A DNA stretch of 64,000 bases from Crenothrix sp. D3 (lineage in GTDB: Bacteria; Pseudomonadota; Gammaproteobacteria; Methylococcales; Methylomonadaceae): positions 26,865 to 90,864 of the forward strand of contig MBQZ01000103.1 in assembly GCA_002134785.1 (NCBI GenBank), given 5' to 3'. Positions 26,185 through 35,993 of this stretch are shown one piece after another. Under the pieces are notes generated by a model that saw nothing but the letters and a program-made list of their open reading frames with translations, was not told the origin of the DNA and made no database searches. Position numbers and translations under genes: made by a program. The stretch's first letter is position 1. The number at the start of each line of letters is the position of its first letter.

Positions 26185-27045
26185 ATGAAACTACTAATTA
26201 TTAGTGCTTTATCGGGGGCAGGTAAAAGTACCGCCTTAGATACCTTAGAAGATTGCGGCTATTACTGTATTGATAATCTGCCTGTGACCTTACTGGAAGA
26301 TTTCATTGATCACGTCATGCTGGCGGATAAAAAAACCTATGAAAAAACCGCTATTGGTATAGATGCTCGCAATAAAAATGAAAGTCTAAGCAATTTTTCC
26401 GACAGTTTAGAGCTTATTCGCAGTAAAGGGATTACCTGTGACATTATCTTTCTACACGCAGATGAAGCCACGCTGCTTAAGCGTTATAGCGAAACGCGTA
26501 GAAAACATCCGCTCACCGATGCCAATATTCCGTTAAAAGATGCGTTAAAAATCGAAAAGGTACTGTTAGAACCCATCGCTAGACACGCTAATATCGTGAT
26601 AGATACCAGCCGAACCCATTATCATCAATTACGCGAACTGATTAAAGAGCAGCTTGATGAAGGTGACTCCAAACATATCTCGTTGCAATTTCAATCATTT
26701 GGTTTTAAAAATGGCATTCCGCTCGATGCTAGTTTTGTGTTTGATGCCCGCACACTCCCCAATCCCTACTGGGTTCCAGAATTGCGCGCCTTATCAGGAA
26801 AAGATAAACCCGTCATAGATTTTCTTAAAGAACAACCATTAGTCAGCGAATTCTTTCAGGATATTAGTCATTTTCTTGAGCGATGGCTACCGCGTTTTGA
26901 TGCCGAAGGGCGCAGTTATTTAACCATCGCCATTGGTTGTACAGGTGGGCAACACCGTTCAGTGTATCTTGCTGACTTATTATGCCAACACTTCAAAAAT
27001 CCAGCACTTAAAGTCATCGTCCGCCATCGGGACTTGATGCACTAA
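26185..27045 (+). CDS. rapZ: RNase adapter protein RapZ (P-loop NTPase)
   Basis: 'SGAGKSTALDTLEDCGYYCIDNLP' and 'IGCTGGQHRSV'. Confidence 0.9.
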   Translation: MKLLIISALSGAGKSTALDTLEDCGYYCIDNLPVTLLEDFIDHVMLADKKTYEKTAIGIDARNKNESLSNFSDSLELIRSKGITCDIIFLHADEATLLKRYSETRRKHPLTDANIPLKDALKIEKVLLEPIARHANIVIDTSRTHYHQLRELIKEQLDEGDSKHISLQFQSFGFKNGIPLDASFVFDARTLPNPYWVPELRALSGKDKPVIDFLKEQPLVSEFFQDISHFLERWLPRFDAEGRSYLTIAIGCTGGQHRSVYLADLLCQHFKNPALKVIVRHRDLMH

Positions 27046-28140
27046 TTACCCCGCCTCAATCTGGCGCACACGCTGAGTCACACCACACACCAGCGTATAA
27101 GGAATAGTATTCGCACATAACGCTATTTCTTCGACAGGCAAACCATCTCCCCATAATGTCACTGCATCACCCGCTTTAGCAGTGGACTGTGAACCTAAAT
27201 CCACGGTAATCATATCCATAGACACGCGCCCAATTAACGATACCCGTTGTCCATTGACTAGCACAGGCGTACCGACTCTAGCATAACGTGGATACCCATC
27301 GGCATAACCAATGGCCACCACGCCTAAAATCGACTCTTGTTCACACAACCAACTGCCGCCATAACCCACCGTATCGCCTTTTGCTATCGGTTTAACGGCA
27401 ATCAAACGCGAATGTAAACTCATAATCGGCTTTAAACCCAGCTCTGCCCCCGTCGCTTCGGCAAACGGTGAAATACCATACAGCATAATCCCCGGCCGTA
27501 CCCAATCGGTGATTGCCTGTGGCCATGCCAAAATACCTGCTGAATTAGCAATACTGCGTTCACTGCCAGCGTCCGGCTTGAGACCCGCTAATGTGTCATT
27601 AAATAAAGCCAATTGCTTGCCCGTCATTGCATCGGTCTTATCATCCGCATTGGCTAAGTGTGTCATGATATTAATCGGCTGTTTGACAATTGAACACGCC
27701 ATTAATCGCGCATAAACAGCCTGCAAATCCGCCGCTTTAAAACCTAAACGATTCATGCCCGTATCGAATTTTAACCATACCGCGATTTTTTGTTGCTCAG
27801 TTCGGGCTTCAAAAATGGCTAATTGCGGCCATGAATGCACCACTGCATCTAAACCATGCGTCAATAATTCATCCAATTCGTCCGCACAAGTAAATCCTTC
27901 TAACACGGCAATACGTTTTTGTACGCCTGCTTTTCGCAAGCGTATACCTTCATCGACTCGCGCCACCGCAAAACCATCGACCTCGTCTGCTAACGCATGA
28001 GCGAGGCGCAACGCACCATGCCCATACGCATTGGCTTTAATGACAGCCATAATTTTTGCATGAGGCGCACAGTCACGCACTTTTTGCAAATTGTGACTCA
28101 CTGCTGCCATATTCAATACTGCGTAAGCTGCTGGAATCAT
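27046..28140 (-). CDS. alr: Alanine racemase
   Basis: 'AVIKANAYGHG' PLP-lysine motif, 364 aa, downstream of dnaB. Confidence 0.9.
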   Translation of the reverse strand: MIPAAYAVLNMAAVSHNLQKVRDCAPHAKIMAVIKANAYGHGALRLAHALADEVDGFAVARVDEGIRLRKAGVQKRIAVLEGFTCADELDELLTHGLDAVVHSWPQLAIFEARTEQQKIAVWLKFDTGMNRLGFKAADLQAVYARLMACSIVKQPINIMTHLANADDKTDAMTGKQLALFNDTLAGLKPDAGSERSIANSAGILAWPQAITDWVRPGIMLYGISPFAEATGAELGLKPIMSLHSRLIAVKPIAKGDTVGYGGSWLCEQESILGVVAIGYADGYPRYARVGTPVLVNGQRVSLIGRVSMDMITVDLGSQSTAKAGDAVTLWGDGLPVEEIALCANTIPYTLVCGVTQRVRQIEAG

Positions 28141-29960
28141 TCATAATCCTCGTTGCTATAAGATGTGCCTGAGAAATTTTCAAAGCGTGTGTACTGCCCC
28201 AGAAAAGTTAAACGCACCGTCCCCAAAGGGCCATTACGCTGTTTACCAATAATCATTTCCGCAATGCCTTTATCAGGACTTTCAGGGTTATAAACTTCAT
28301 CACGATACACAAACACAATTAAATCGGCATCTTGCTCAATTGCCCCAGAGTCGCGTAAATCCGACATCACTGGACGTTTATTCGGGCGTTGTTCCAGATT
28401 ACGATTTAACTGCGACAATGCCACCACAGGCACACTCATTTCTTTTGCCAAGGCTTTTAAACCTCTGGAAATATCAGAAATTTGCTGCACGCGGTTATCA
28501 CCACTGCTAGGTGATTGCATGAGCTGCAAATAATCCACCACAATTAAGCCTAACTGCCCATGTTCACGCGCCACGCGCCGCGCTCTAGCGCGTAATTCAG
28601 TTGGACTTAACGCAGGCGTATCATCAATAAATAATTTAGTATTGGCTAATAAACTAATCGCTGAGGTTAACCGTGGCCAATCGTCATCTTCCAGTTTTCC
28701 TGTTCTGACTTTATGCTGATCTATACGCCCTAACGATGACATCATCCGCATAGCCAGCGCGTCCCCTGGCATTTCCATACTGAACACTAACACAGGTTTA
28801 TCCGATTTTAACGCCACGTTTTCTGCCATGTTCATGGCTATCGTGGTGTTATGTACGACCGTCATGTCTTCTAATAAAAACAAGCGATTACCATCACACA
28901 CGAAACCGTAGTAATCGTCTATTTTATCGTACTCAATTGAAATCGCTGTTTTTTCAATCGGTTGCGTGGCTTTGTACCCTAATAAACGTGATGTGCTTTC
29001 AGGAAAATGCTCAAGATAATTGAGATAATCAAGTAGCGGGAGATTAAACGTTACGTCACTTTCAGAATGTTTAAATGACAAAATATGCGACTCATTGACG
29101 CGATAATCTAATGCTTTTTTTTGCCGTACCCAATACATGGCTTCTTGACCACGCGCCAATGACAATACTCGTCTGGGCGTAGAATCATCACCCATCAGCT
29201 CATCACCGACCTGTATGTCTTCCACGGCTTTAATTTCGCCCGAATACATTAAAATACGCGTGCCTTTACCAAAGCATTTACCCATTGACGGCCTCCCCGC
29301 AACAATAATTAAATCTGATTGTTGTAAACCTGAGGTGAGTTCATCAAAATCGGTAAATCCCGTACTCGCGCCAGTAATAGAACCCTCTTGCCCATATAAA
29401 CGTTCGATTTTCTCAACGGTTTGTGCCAATAAGGTTTTAATGGCAATAAAACCGCCCTGCCCTTTTTGCCGTTGTTCAGCAATTTTAAATACTTGGCGTT
29501 CAGCGTTTTCTAGCAACTCAGCAGTTTCACGACCTTCGGTGTTAAATGCTGAATTAGAAATTTCAGTGCCAACATGAATTAATTGCCGCAATACCGAACG
29601 GTCTTTAACAATTTTGGTATAGGCGAGAATATTGGCAGCCGTTGGGGTATCTTCGACCAACATAATCAAATAGGGCAAGCCGCCGATACTGTCCAGTTCA
29701 CCCATATTGCGCAAGGCATCCGACAGCGTAATAATGTCAAACGGCATTTGTTTTTCAGCCAAATCTTCGATGACACGAAAAATTAACTGGTGATTGCGCC
29801 GATAAAAATCAATCTCGACAATCTGATCGGCGACACTATCCCACGTTTGATTATCCATCATCAAACTACCCAAAACCGCCTGCTCAGCCTGCATAGAGTT
29901 AGGCGGAACTTTTAGCTGTTCAACTGAATAATCACGATCCATTGAATAATTTTCGACCAT
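28137..29960 (-). CDS. dnaB: Replicative DNA helicase DnaB, interrupted by an in-frame mini-intein
   Basis: The DnaB N-terminal domain 'VPPNSMQAEQAVLGSLM'. Walker A is split as 'AGRPSMGK | intein | TTIAMN'. The C-terminal RecA-like motifs are present. 607 aa, or 464 aa without the insert. Confidence 0.95.
   Translation of the reverse strand: MVENYSMDRDYSVEQLKVPPNSMQAEQAVLGSLMMDNQTWDSVADQIVEIDFYRRNHQLIFRVIEDLAEKQMPFDIITLSDALRNMGELDSIGGLPYLIMLVEDTPTAANILAYTKIVKDRSVLRQLIHVGTEISNSAFNTEGRETAELLENAERQVFKIAEQRQKGQGGFIAIKTLLAQTVEKIERLYGQEGSITGASTGFTDFDELTSGLQQSDLIIVAGRPSMGKCFGKGTRILMYSGEIKAVEDIQVGDELMGDDSTPRRVLSLARGQEAMYWVRQKKALDYRVNESHILSFKHSESDVTFNLPLLDYLNYLEHFPESTSRLLGYKATQPIEKTAISIEYDKIDDYYGFVCDGNRLFLLEDMTVVHNTTIAMNMAENVALKSDKPVLVFSMEMPGDALAMRMMSSLGRIDQHKVRTGKLEDDDWPRLTSAISLLANTKLFIDDTPALSPTELRARARRVAREHGQLGLIVVDYLQLMQSPSSGDNRVQQISDISRGLKALAKEMSVPVVALSQLNRNLEQRPNKRPVMSDLRDSGAIEQDADLIVFVYRDEVYNPESPDKGIAEMIIGKQRNGPLGTVRLTFLGQYTRFENFSGTSYSNEDYE
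28848..29276 (-). mobile_element. 143-aa mini-intein (no homing-endonuclease domain) within the DnaB P-loop
   Basis: It starts with Cys (TGC, 29274-29276) in 'CFGKGTRILM' and ends 'VVHN' (Asn codon 28848-28850). The +1 residue is Thr. Removal restores 'GRPSMGKTT'. Confidence 0.85.
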
Positions 29961-30168
29961 TATGAATTACATCTTAAAAACGGCGTGCCACTTGATACAG
30001 GACAAAGCTGATAGGTTTTATAAGCCCATCAGGTTTTTCGTCTAAACTGAAAATGGTCGCCTTAAAAACAAGTCATGATAACGTAAATTTAAGACCATTG
30101 GTTAAAAACAACTCGCCTCTATAACGCGAAAAAAAGTTATAATCAACCCCTTTTTTTGCCTTGACATC

Positions 30169-31458
30169 ATGTTAGTACACCTTAAAACCCTAGGCTGCCG
30201 CCTTAATGAAGCCGAATTAGAAACGTGGGCGCAAGCCTTTCAACAAGCAGGGCATTCCATTACTCAACAAGCGGAAGCGGCTAATCTTATTGTGCTTAAC
30301 TCCTGCGCAGTCACAGGCGATGCGGCGCGAAAGTCTCGTCAGTTAATCCGCCGTATTCACCGCGATAATCCCACGGCTAAATTAGTCGTCAGTGGCTGTT
30401 ATGCGACCTTGAATCAACAAGAAGCGGAGTCATTATTAGGCGTGGATTTGGTGGTTAGCAATAAAGACAAAGATCAATTAGTCGAAAAAGCCATCACCGA
30501 ATTGAACATGAACACCATGCCCGCCATGTCCACTGAGCCTGCGGAAATCTCGTTGTTCACCCGTGGCAGACAACGCGCCTTTGTTAAAGTCCAAGATGGT
30601 TGCCGTTATCGCTGCACCTTTTGCATCGTCACGGTGGCGCGGGGTGAAGAAGTCAGTCGTCCAATACACGTCGTGATTGATGAAATTAACGCGCTGCACA
30701 GCCAAGGTATTCATGAAGTCATTTTAACGGGCGTACACCTAGGCGGCTATGGCAGTGACTTGGGTAATAATTTATCTGAATTAATTCAAGCCATACTCGC
30801 TGATACTGACATTCCGCGCTTACGCTTAGGTTCATTAGAACCGTGGGAATTACCCGCTGATTTTTTTCAATTATTTAATAATCCTCGCCTGATGCCGCAT
30901 TTACATTTACCGTTGCAAAGCGGTTCTGATACGGTGTTACGGCGTATGGCGCGGCGGTGTAAAACTGACGAATTCGCCGCTATTGTCAATCAACTTCGCA
31001 CGCAAATCCCGCATTTTAATATCACCACCGATATTATCGTCGGCTTTCCTGCGGAGAGTGAACAAGAATGGCAAGACAGTTTTGATACGGTGCAGCGGAT
31101 TGGTTTTGGACATATTCATATTTTCACCTATTCTCAGCGTGAAGGTACGAAAGCCGCGACTTTACCCAATCAACTCACCAACGATATTAAAAAACAGCGT
31201 AGCCAACAACTACACGAACTCGCCGACACCCTCAAACAGCAGTTTTATACTGCTAATATCGGCAATGAATTTCCTGTGTTATGGGAAGGTTATAGCGAAC
31301 CCTTAGCCGATGGTAAACACCGCGTATTTGGTTACACGCCGAATTATTTAAGGGTCTCTTGTGTGTTAAATGCTGCCATCAGTGTTGAGAATCAAACCAT
31401 TAACACGCGCTTAATTGCAGTGGAAGATGGCGTTATCATTGGCGAGTTGGTGCAGTAA
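30169..31458 (+). CDS. mtaB: tRNA t6A37 methylthiotransferase (MiaB-like radical SAM)
   Basis: N-terminal 'TLGCRLNEAE', radical-SAM 'CRYRCTFC' and a TRAM-like C-terminus. Confidence 0.8.
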   Translation: MLVHLKTLGCRLNEAELETWAQAFQQAGHSITQQAEAANLIVLNSCAVTGDAARKSRQLIRRIHRDNPTAKLVVSGCYATLNQQEAESLLGVDLVVSNKDKDQLVEKAITELNMNTMPAMSTEPAEISLFTRGRQRAFVKVQDGCRYRCTFCIVTVARGEEVSRPIHVVIDEINALHSQGIHEVILTGVHLGGYGSDLGNNLSELIQAILADTDIPRLRLGSLEPWELPADFFQLFNNPRLMPHLHLPLQSGSDTVLRRMARRCKTDEFAAIVNQLRTQIPHFNITTDIIVGFPAESEQEWQDSFDTVQRIGFGHIHIFTYSQREGTKAATLPNQLTNDIKKQRSQQLHELADTLKQQFYTANIGNEFPVLWEGYSEPLADGKHRVFGYTPNYLRVSCVLNAAISVENQTINTRLIAVEDGVIIGELVQ

Positions 31459-31550
31459 TCACAGGCAAAAAAGACCATCATTGCAACTGCGGGGTAATAA
31501 ACTTCGGCGAATTTCAGACAAATCAGCAACATTAATCACCAGAGAGCTTT

Positions 31551-32111
31551 ATGAATGACGATAACCTAGATTTTTATGAAATTCTTGAGATAAGTTCAAA
31601 TGCCAGTCAGGATACGATTGATAGAATGTTTCGTTTTTTAGCCCAGCGTTATCATCCTGATCGCCATGAAACGGGGGATTCTGTTAAGTTTGATCAAATT
31701 GTTAAGGCTCATGACACCTTGAGAGACCCTGAAAAGCGTGCTGCTTATGACATCAAGCATAAGAAAAATTCAGAATATCACTGGAGTTTGGTTGAAGAAG
31801 CGGGTGATACGGAAAATTTTGAAAGTGATGCAGGTATTCAAGCAAGGATTTTGTCGTTAATGTATATCAAACGCAAACGTGATATTTCTCATCCAGGACT
31901 GGGTAATATGCTACTTGAAAGTTTAATCGGTTGCCCAAAAGAAATACTAGAATTTCATCTTTGGTATTTAAGGGAAAAAGGTTGGGTTACACGCTTGGAA
32001 GACGGTTTGCTGGCGATTACCGCAGATGGCGTTGATAAAGCATTAGCCAATCATCATGCGGGCGGGACAAACAAATCAATCACCGACCAGCATAATGTAA
32101 TTCATTTGTGA
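31551..32111 (+). CDS. J-domain (DnaJ-like) protein
   Basis: 'DFYEILEISSNASQDTIDRMFRFLAQRYHPDRH' contains the HPD motif. Confidence 0.75.
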   Translation: MNDDNLDFYEILEISSNASQDTIDRMFRFLAQRYHPDRHETGDSVKFDQIVKAHDTLRDPEKRAAYDIKHKKNSEYHWSLVEEAGDTENFESDAGIQARILSLMYIKRKRDISHPGLGNMLLESLIGCPKEILEFHLWYLREKGWVTRLEDGLLAITADGVDKALANHHAGGTNKSITDQHNVIHL

Positions 32112-32222
32112 TGTTTAAACCTGTCCACTCGAGCTTGTGGAATACGGGGTTTTTCGTGATGATGTCACTGTTCCCCGTGTTTTGCTACGCATTAATATTT
32201 TACTTACCAATCGGAAAAAACC

Positions 32223-32486
32223 ATGATGAAGTCTTTAATTCTCACACTATTAGCATTCAGTATTGCACCCATCGTAACTGCGAGTGATGAAGAAGTATCC
32301 TGCCGTGAAGAACTGGGTAAAAGGGCAGCGGCTGTCTATGTACAGCAATGTATTGAAATTTCTCCAGCATCCCATCCACCATGCAATGACCAGAATTCTT
32401 GCTCACTCATCATGGACGAAATCAAGCGCGGCTGTGAGTTCGCAAAGAATACTGAAGGCGGAGACGTTCCAACGTTTTGTAATTAA
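32223..32486 (+). CDS. Small secreted cysteine-rich protein, unknown function
   Basis: Signal peptide 'MMKSLILTLLAFSIAPIVTA' and six Cys in the mature part. Confidence 0.4.
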   Translation: MMKSLILTLLAFSIAPIVTASDEEVSCREELGKRAAAVYVQQCIEISPASHPPCNDQNSCSLIMDEIKRGCEFAKNTEGGDVPTFCN

Positions 32487-32564
32487 CACATTACGCGGTT
32501 TCACTTAATCGTAACCTGTCCATGTATAATGCGATGATGTTAGTTACTATTAGGGTATTTGTTT

Positions 32565-34259
32565 ATGATAATTCTCGGCATTAATGATGTAGGTCATCAT
32601 AATTCCGCTGCATCAATTGTTATTGATGGTCAATTGGTCGCCTCTATTGAAGAAGAGCGCATTTCTCGCATTAAAATGGATAACGCTTATCCGCATCAAG
32701 CGATTGCCGAAGCCTTGGCAATTGCAGGCATAACGCCTGAACAAGTTGATGTGGTTGCTTTGGCTGGTTTGTCGCGTTGGGATCAAAAGCCTTATGTCGA
32801 TACGCTGTTTCATTACATGGCTAAAGTCGCTAAACAAGAGCCTGATATTAAACGCTTTTATTGGAATCAACAGCCTGCTCGTATCACTCGTTTATTTAAA
32901 CAACGTCAAAAACCTGCGGGTGTTTTGGCAGAAAAACCCACGCAAACCGTTGAACATCATTTAGCTCATGCTGCGTCTGCTTATTACGCCTCACCGTTTA
33001 CCGATGAACGCGTTGGCGTGATTTCTTTGGATGGTGTGGGCGATTTTTCGTGGGGTTCGGTGTGGTTAGGCGAACACGGTCACTTACAACCAGTTGAATA
33101 TTTACCGTATCTTAATAGTATTGGTTTGCTGTATTCAGCGGTGACGATTTATTTGGGTTTTAAAGCCACGCGCCACGAAGGCAAAGTGCTAGGTCTGGCG
33201 GCTTTTGGTAATCCAGAGCCGTTGTTATCACGACTGTTAGCGCGTACTAATCAAACAGATTGGGCGAATCTATTTGATGCTAAATTAGCACGAATTGTCT
33301 TGCAGTTTGCCAAGGAAGTCGGGCAATCAGCCCTGAGGGAATTGTGCGAAGATTTAAGTCAAGAAGATGTTGCCGCAGGCATTCAAGCCTATACCGAACA
33401 ACTGATTTGCAACTGGATACAAGAGCAAGCGCGACAGTTACAGTTCAGTAAATTAGCATTAGCAGGCGGTGTATTTGCCAATGTTAAATTAAATCAACGG
33501 CTATTAGCTTTGCCTGAGATTGACAATATTTATGTGCATCCGAATATGGGTGATGGTGGACTGGCAACGGGCGCGGCTTACGAAGTGTATTCGCGTTTAC
33601 AAAATGGTTTGCTACCCAAATTACAACCGCACGTTTATTTAGGCACAGATATTAATCGAGAAAACGCCTTAGCCGCGTTAGAAAAATCAGGGCTGGCTTA
33701 TAGTGAACCTGATAATTTATCCTACCGTGTCGCAGAGTTGTTAGCCGCAGGTAAAGTGGTGGCTAGAGCCGCTGGCAAAATGGAATATGGCCCTCGTGCC
33801 TTGGGTAATCGCACAGTGATGGCTTCTTGTCAGGATAAAAATATTAATCAATGGCTGAATGAAAAATTTGCCCGCACGGAATTTATGCCATTCGCACCTG
33901 TGATTATCGAAGAACAGGCACACGCTTATTTTCCTGATTGGCAAGAAGATCATGTTGCGGCGCGGTTTATGACTCTGACATACAATGCTTCACCTATCGC
34001 ACAAAAGAATATTCCAGCGGCGGTTCATGTGGATAATACCGCTAGACCGCAGGTAATACGCCGCGTCGATAATCCTGCGTATTACGATATTATTAACGAC
34101 TATTATCAATTAACAGGTGTTGCGAGCGTGATTAACACCAGTTTTAATATGCACGAAGAGCCAATTGTCCGCACTGCCGAAGAAGCTATTCAAGCGTTTC
34201 AGGCGGCGCAATTAGACGCGCTTATTTTGGATGGTTTTTTAATTGAACAAGCACGTTAG
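32565..34259 (+). CDS. Carbamoyltransferase (NodU/CmcH family)
   Basis: 'ILGINDVGHHNSAASIV', 'EHHLAHAASAYY', 'NTSFN' motifs, ~565 aa. Confidence 0.85.
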   Translation: MIILGINDVGHHNSAASIVIDGQLVASIEEERISRIKMDNAYPHQAIAEALAIAGITPEQVDVVALAGLSRWDQKPYVDTLFHYMAKVAKQEPDIKRFYWNQQPARITRLFKQRQKPAGVLAEKPTQTVEHHLAHAASAYYASPFTDERVGVISLDGVGDFSWGSVWLGEHGHLQPVEYLPYLNSIGLLYSAVTIYLGFKATRHEGKVLGLAAFGNPEPLLSRLLARTNQTDWANLFDAKLARIVLQFAKEVGQSALRELCEDLSQEDVAAGIQAYTEQLICNWIQEQARQLQFSKLALAGGVFANVKLNQRLLALPEIDNIYVHPNMGDGGLATGAAYEVYSRLQNGLLPKLQPHVYLGTDINRENALAALEKSGLAYSEPDNLSYRVAELLAAGKVVARAAGKMEYGPRALGNRTVMASCQDKNINQWLNEKFARTEFMPFAPVIIEEQAHAYFPDWQEDHVAARFMTLTYNASPIAQKNIPAAVHVDNTARPQVIRRVDNPAYYDIINDYYQLTGVASVINTSFNMHEEPIVRTAEEAIQAFQAAQLDALILDGFLIEQAR

Positions 34260-34276
34260 TTTGATGTAAAAAATAT

Positions 34277-34395
34277 CCACGAAAAACACAAAAGACACGA
34301 AAAATAGAGTCGATTCCGCAGACTTTATAAGCTGTCATTTCAGTAACAAAGTGAGGATTCAGACCTTTTTTCGTGCTTTTCGTGTCTTTCGTGGA
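34277..34395. repeat. Palindromic MITE-like element with CCACGAAA(N)ACACGAAAA-type inverted termini
   Basis: 'tccacgaaaaacacaaaagacacgaaaaa' (left) versus 'tttttcgtgcttttcgtgtctttcgtgga' (right). Confidence 0.7.
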
Positions 34396-34415
34396 AAATA
34401 ATTCTTATACGTTAA

Positions 34416-35363
34416 TTAGTGCGTGTATTGCTCTGCAAAGTTGTCAGTTGCTGAAACCAGCGCGTCTATCATCTCATTACCTTGAGCAATATGCCCTGCA
34501 TTGGGCAGAATAATATACTCAGCATGAGGCATGGCTTGATGTAAACGCATTCCTGCTTCAATGGGACAGACCAAATCCATGCGCCCATGAATAATCACGG
34601 TGGGAATGGTCGCTAGTAGGTGGCAATTATCCAAAATTTGATTTTCTGCAATAAAATAATGATGCTTGGCATAATGCAGTTCCATACGCGCTTGCTTGAG
34701 CATTTTTTCACTGACGTGTTCATCACTGGGCTGATAATCGTTGCCCAACGCCACTTGACCGCCCCATGCTAACCATTCTTTAGCCACCCGCCGTTGCGTC
34801 ACTTCGTCTTTATCCCATAAAGCCGCATAACAATCCTGTACTAAATTAGTGTGGCTGGCATTAGGAATACTAGCGACTAAACGATGCCATTGTTCAGGAT
34901 AAATACGCCCTGCCCCGTCTGTGGCAAACCAATCCAAATCTATTTGCCGTACCAAAAATACCGCGCGAATAATAAGCCCTAACACTTTATCTGGCTGTTG
35001 TTGTGCATACAATAATGCCAACGCTGCACCCCAAGAACCACCAAATACTAGCCATTGCTGGATGTTAAGTTGCGTGCGAACGCGCTCTAAATCGTCACAC
35101 AAATCTTGCGTAGTATTCTTATTCAATTCGCCAAACGGCAATGACAAGCCACACCCCCGTTGGTCTAGCAAAATAATATGATAATGTTCAGGATTAAAAA
35201 ACTGGCGGTGATGTGGTTTAGTCCCTGAACACGGGCCACCATGCAAAAAAACCACGGGAATCCCATCAGGATTGCCGCTTTGCTCGACATAAACACGGTG
35301 CTGACTGTCTGTGTCGAGAAAAAAACTGTGAAAGGGTTGAATTTCAGGATAAAGAGTTTTCAT
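34416..35363 (-). CDS. pip: Prolyl aminopeptidase (proline iminopeptidase)
   Basis: 'VVFLHGGPCSG' and nucleophile motif 'GGSWGA'. The start is placed at the internal ATG (35361-35363, 'MKTLYPEIQPF'); the longer ORF adds an unlikely extension. Confidence 0.85.
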   Translation of the reverse strand: MKTLYPEIQPFHSFFLDTDSQHRVYVEQSGNPDGIPVVFLHGGPCSGTKPHHRQFFNPEHYHIILLDQRGCGLSLPFGELNKNTTQDLCDDLERVRTQLNIQQWLVFGGSWGAALALLYAQQQPDKVLGLIIRAVFLVRQIDLDWFATDGAGRIYPEQWHRLVASIPNASHTNLVQDCYAALWDKDEVTQRRVAKEWLAWGGQVALGNDYQPSDEHVSEKMLKQARMELHYAKHHYFIAENQILDNCHLLATIPTVIIHGRMDLVCPIEAGMRLHQAMPHAEYIILPNAGHIAQGNEMIDALVSATDNFAEQYTH

Positions 35364-35657
35364 TTTCAAATTGATTAAGGCGATAGTGGGGTATAAAAAA
35401 GCAGGAAACCAATTGGTTAGTTTACAACAATTTGCGAGGCATTCAGTAATTGACAAAGCCCAGAGGAATGATGAAATAAAAACAAGCCTTTTTCTCACGC
35501 CCTAAAATTCGTGTAAAACAGGATTTTTTAGTTAATTATCTGTCCATAATGGCGCATTGAACCCTTTATTACAGCTGCTTAGTAGATTTATGCTTGAATT
35601 ACACTACTATTGGCATTATGTTAGCGTTATATAGCATATTTTTGTGTAGCAGTGACT

Positions 35658-35981
35658 ATGTCTGATTTTGATCCACTTGATAATAATAGCGATGATTTAG
35701 CGGTTAAAGACGCTAAGCCAAGACTACAAAGACCACCTTTATATAAAGTGATTTTGTTAAACGATGATTTTACGCCCATGGATTTTGTGATTGAAATTTT
35801 AATGGGTTTTTTTGCCATGCCTGAGGACAAAGCGACACAGGTTATGCTACAAATACATACGCAAGGAGTTGGGGTATGCGGTACATATACTAAAGATGTA
35901 GCAGAAACTAAAGTGGTTATAGTCAACGAATATTCGCGCGAGCATCAGCATCCCTTGTTGTGCGCGATGGAAGAAGTATAG
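35658..35981 (+). CDS. clpS: ATP-dependent Clp protease adaptor ClpS
   Basis: 'PPLYKVILLNDDFTPMDFVIEIL' and its position upstream of clpA. Confidence 0.9.
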   Translation: MSDFDPLDNNSDDLAVKDAKPRLQRPPLYKVILLNDDFTPMDFVIEILMGFFAMPEDKATQVMLQIHTQGVGVCGTYTKDVAETKVVIVNEYSREHQHPLLCAMEEV

Positions 35982-35993
35982 AGTGGAGCATTT

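Noticed and set aside
30130-30150. Perfect TATAAT upstream of mtaB as a promoter
   Set aside because: No convincing -35 element lies at the right spacing. A single hexamer in AT-rich DNA is weak evidence.
34416-35498. Full 360-aa ORF for prolyl aminopeptidase
   Set aside because: The first 45 codons add a Cys-rich hydrophobic extension not expected for Pip. The internal ATG at 35363 gives the canonical 'MKTLYPEIQPF' start.
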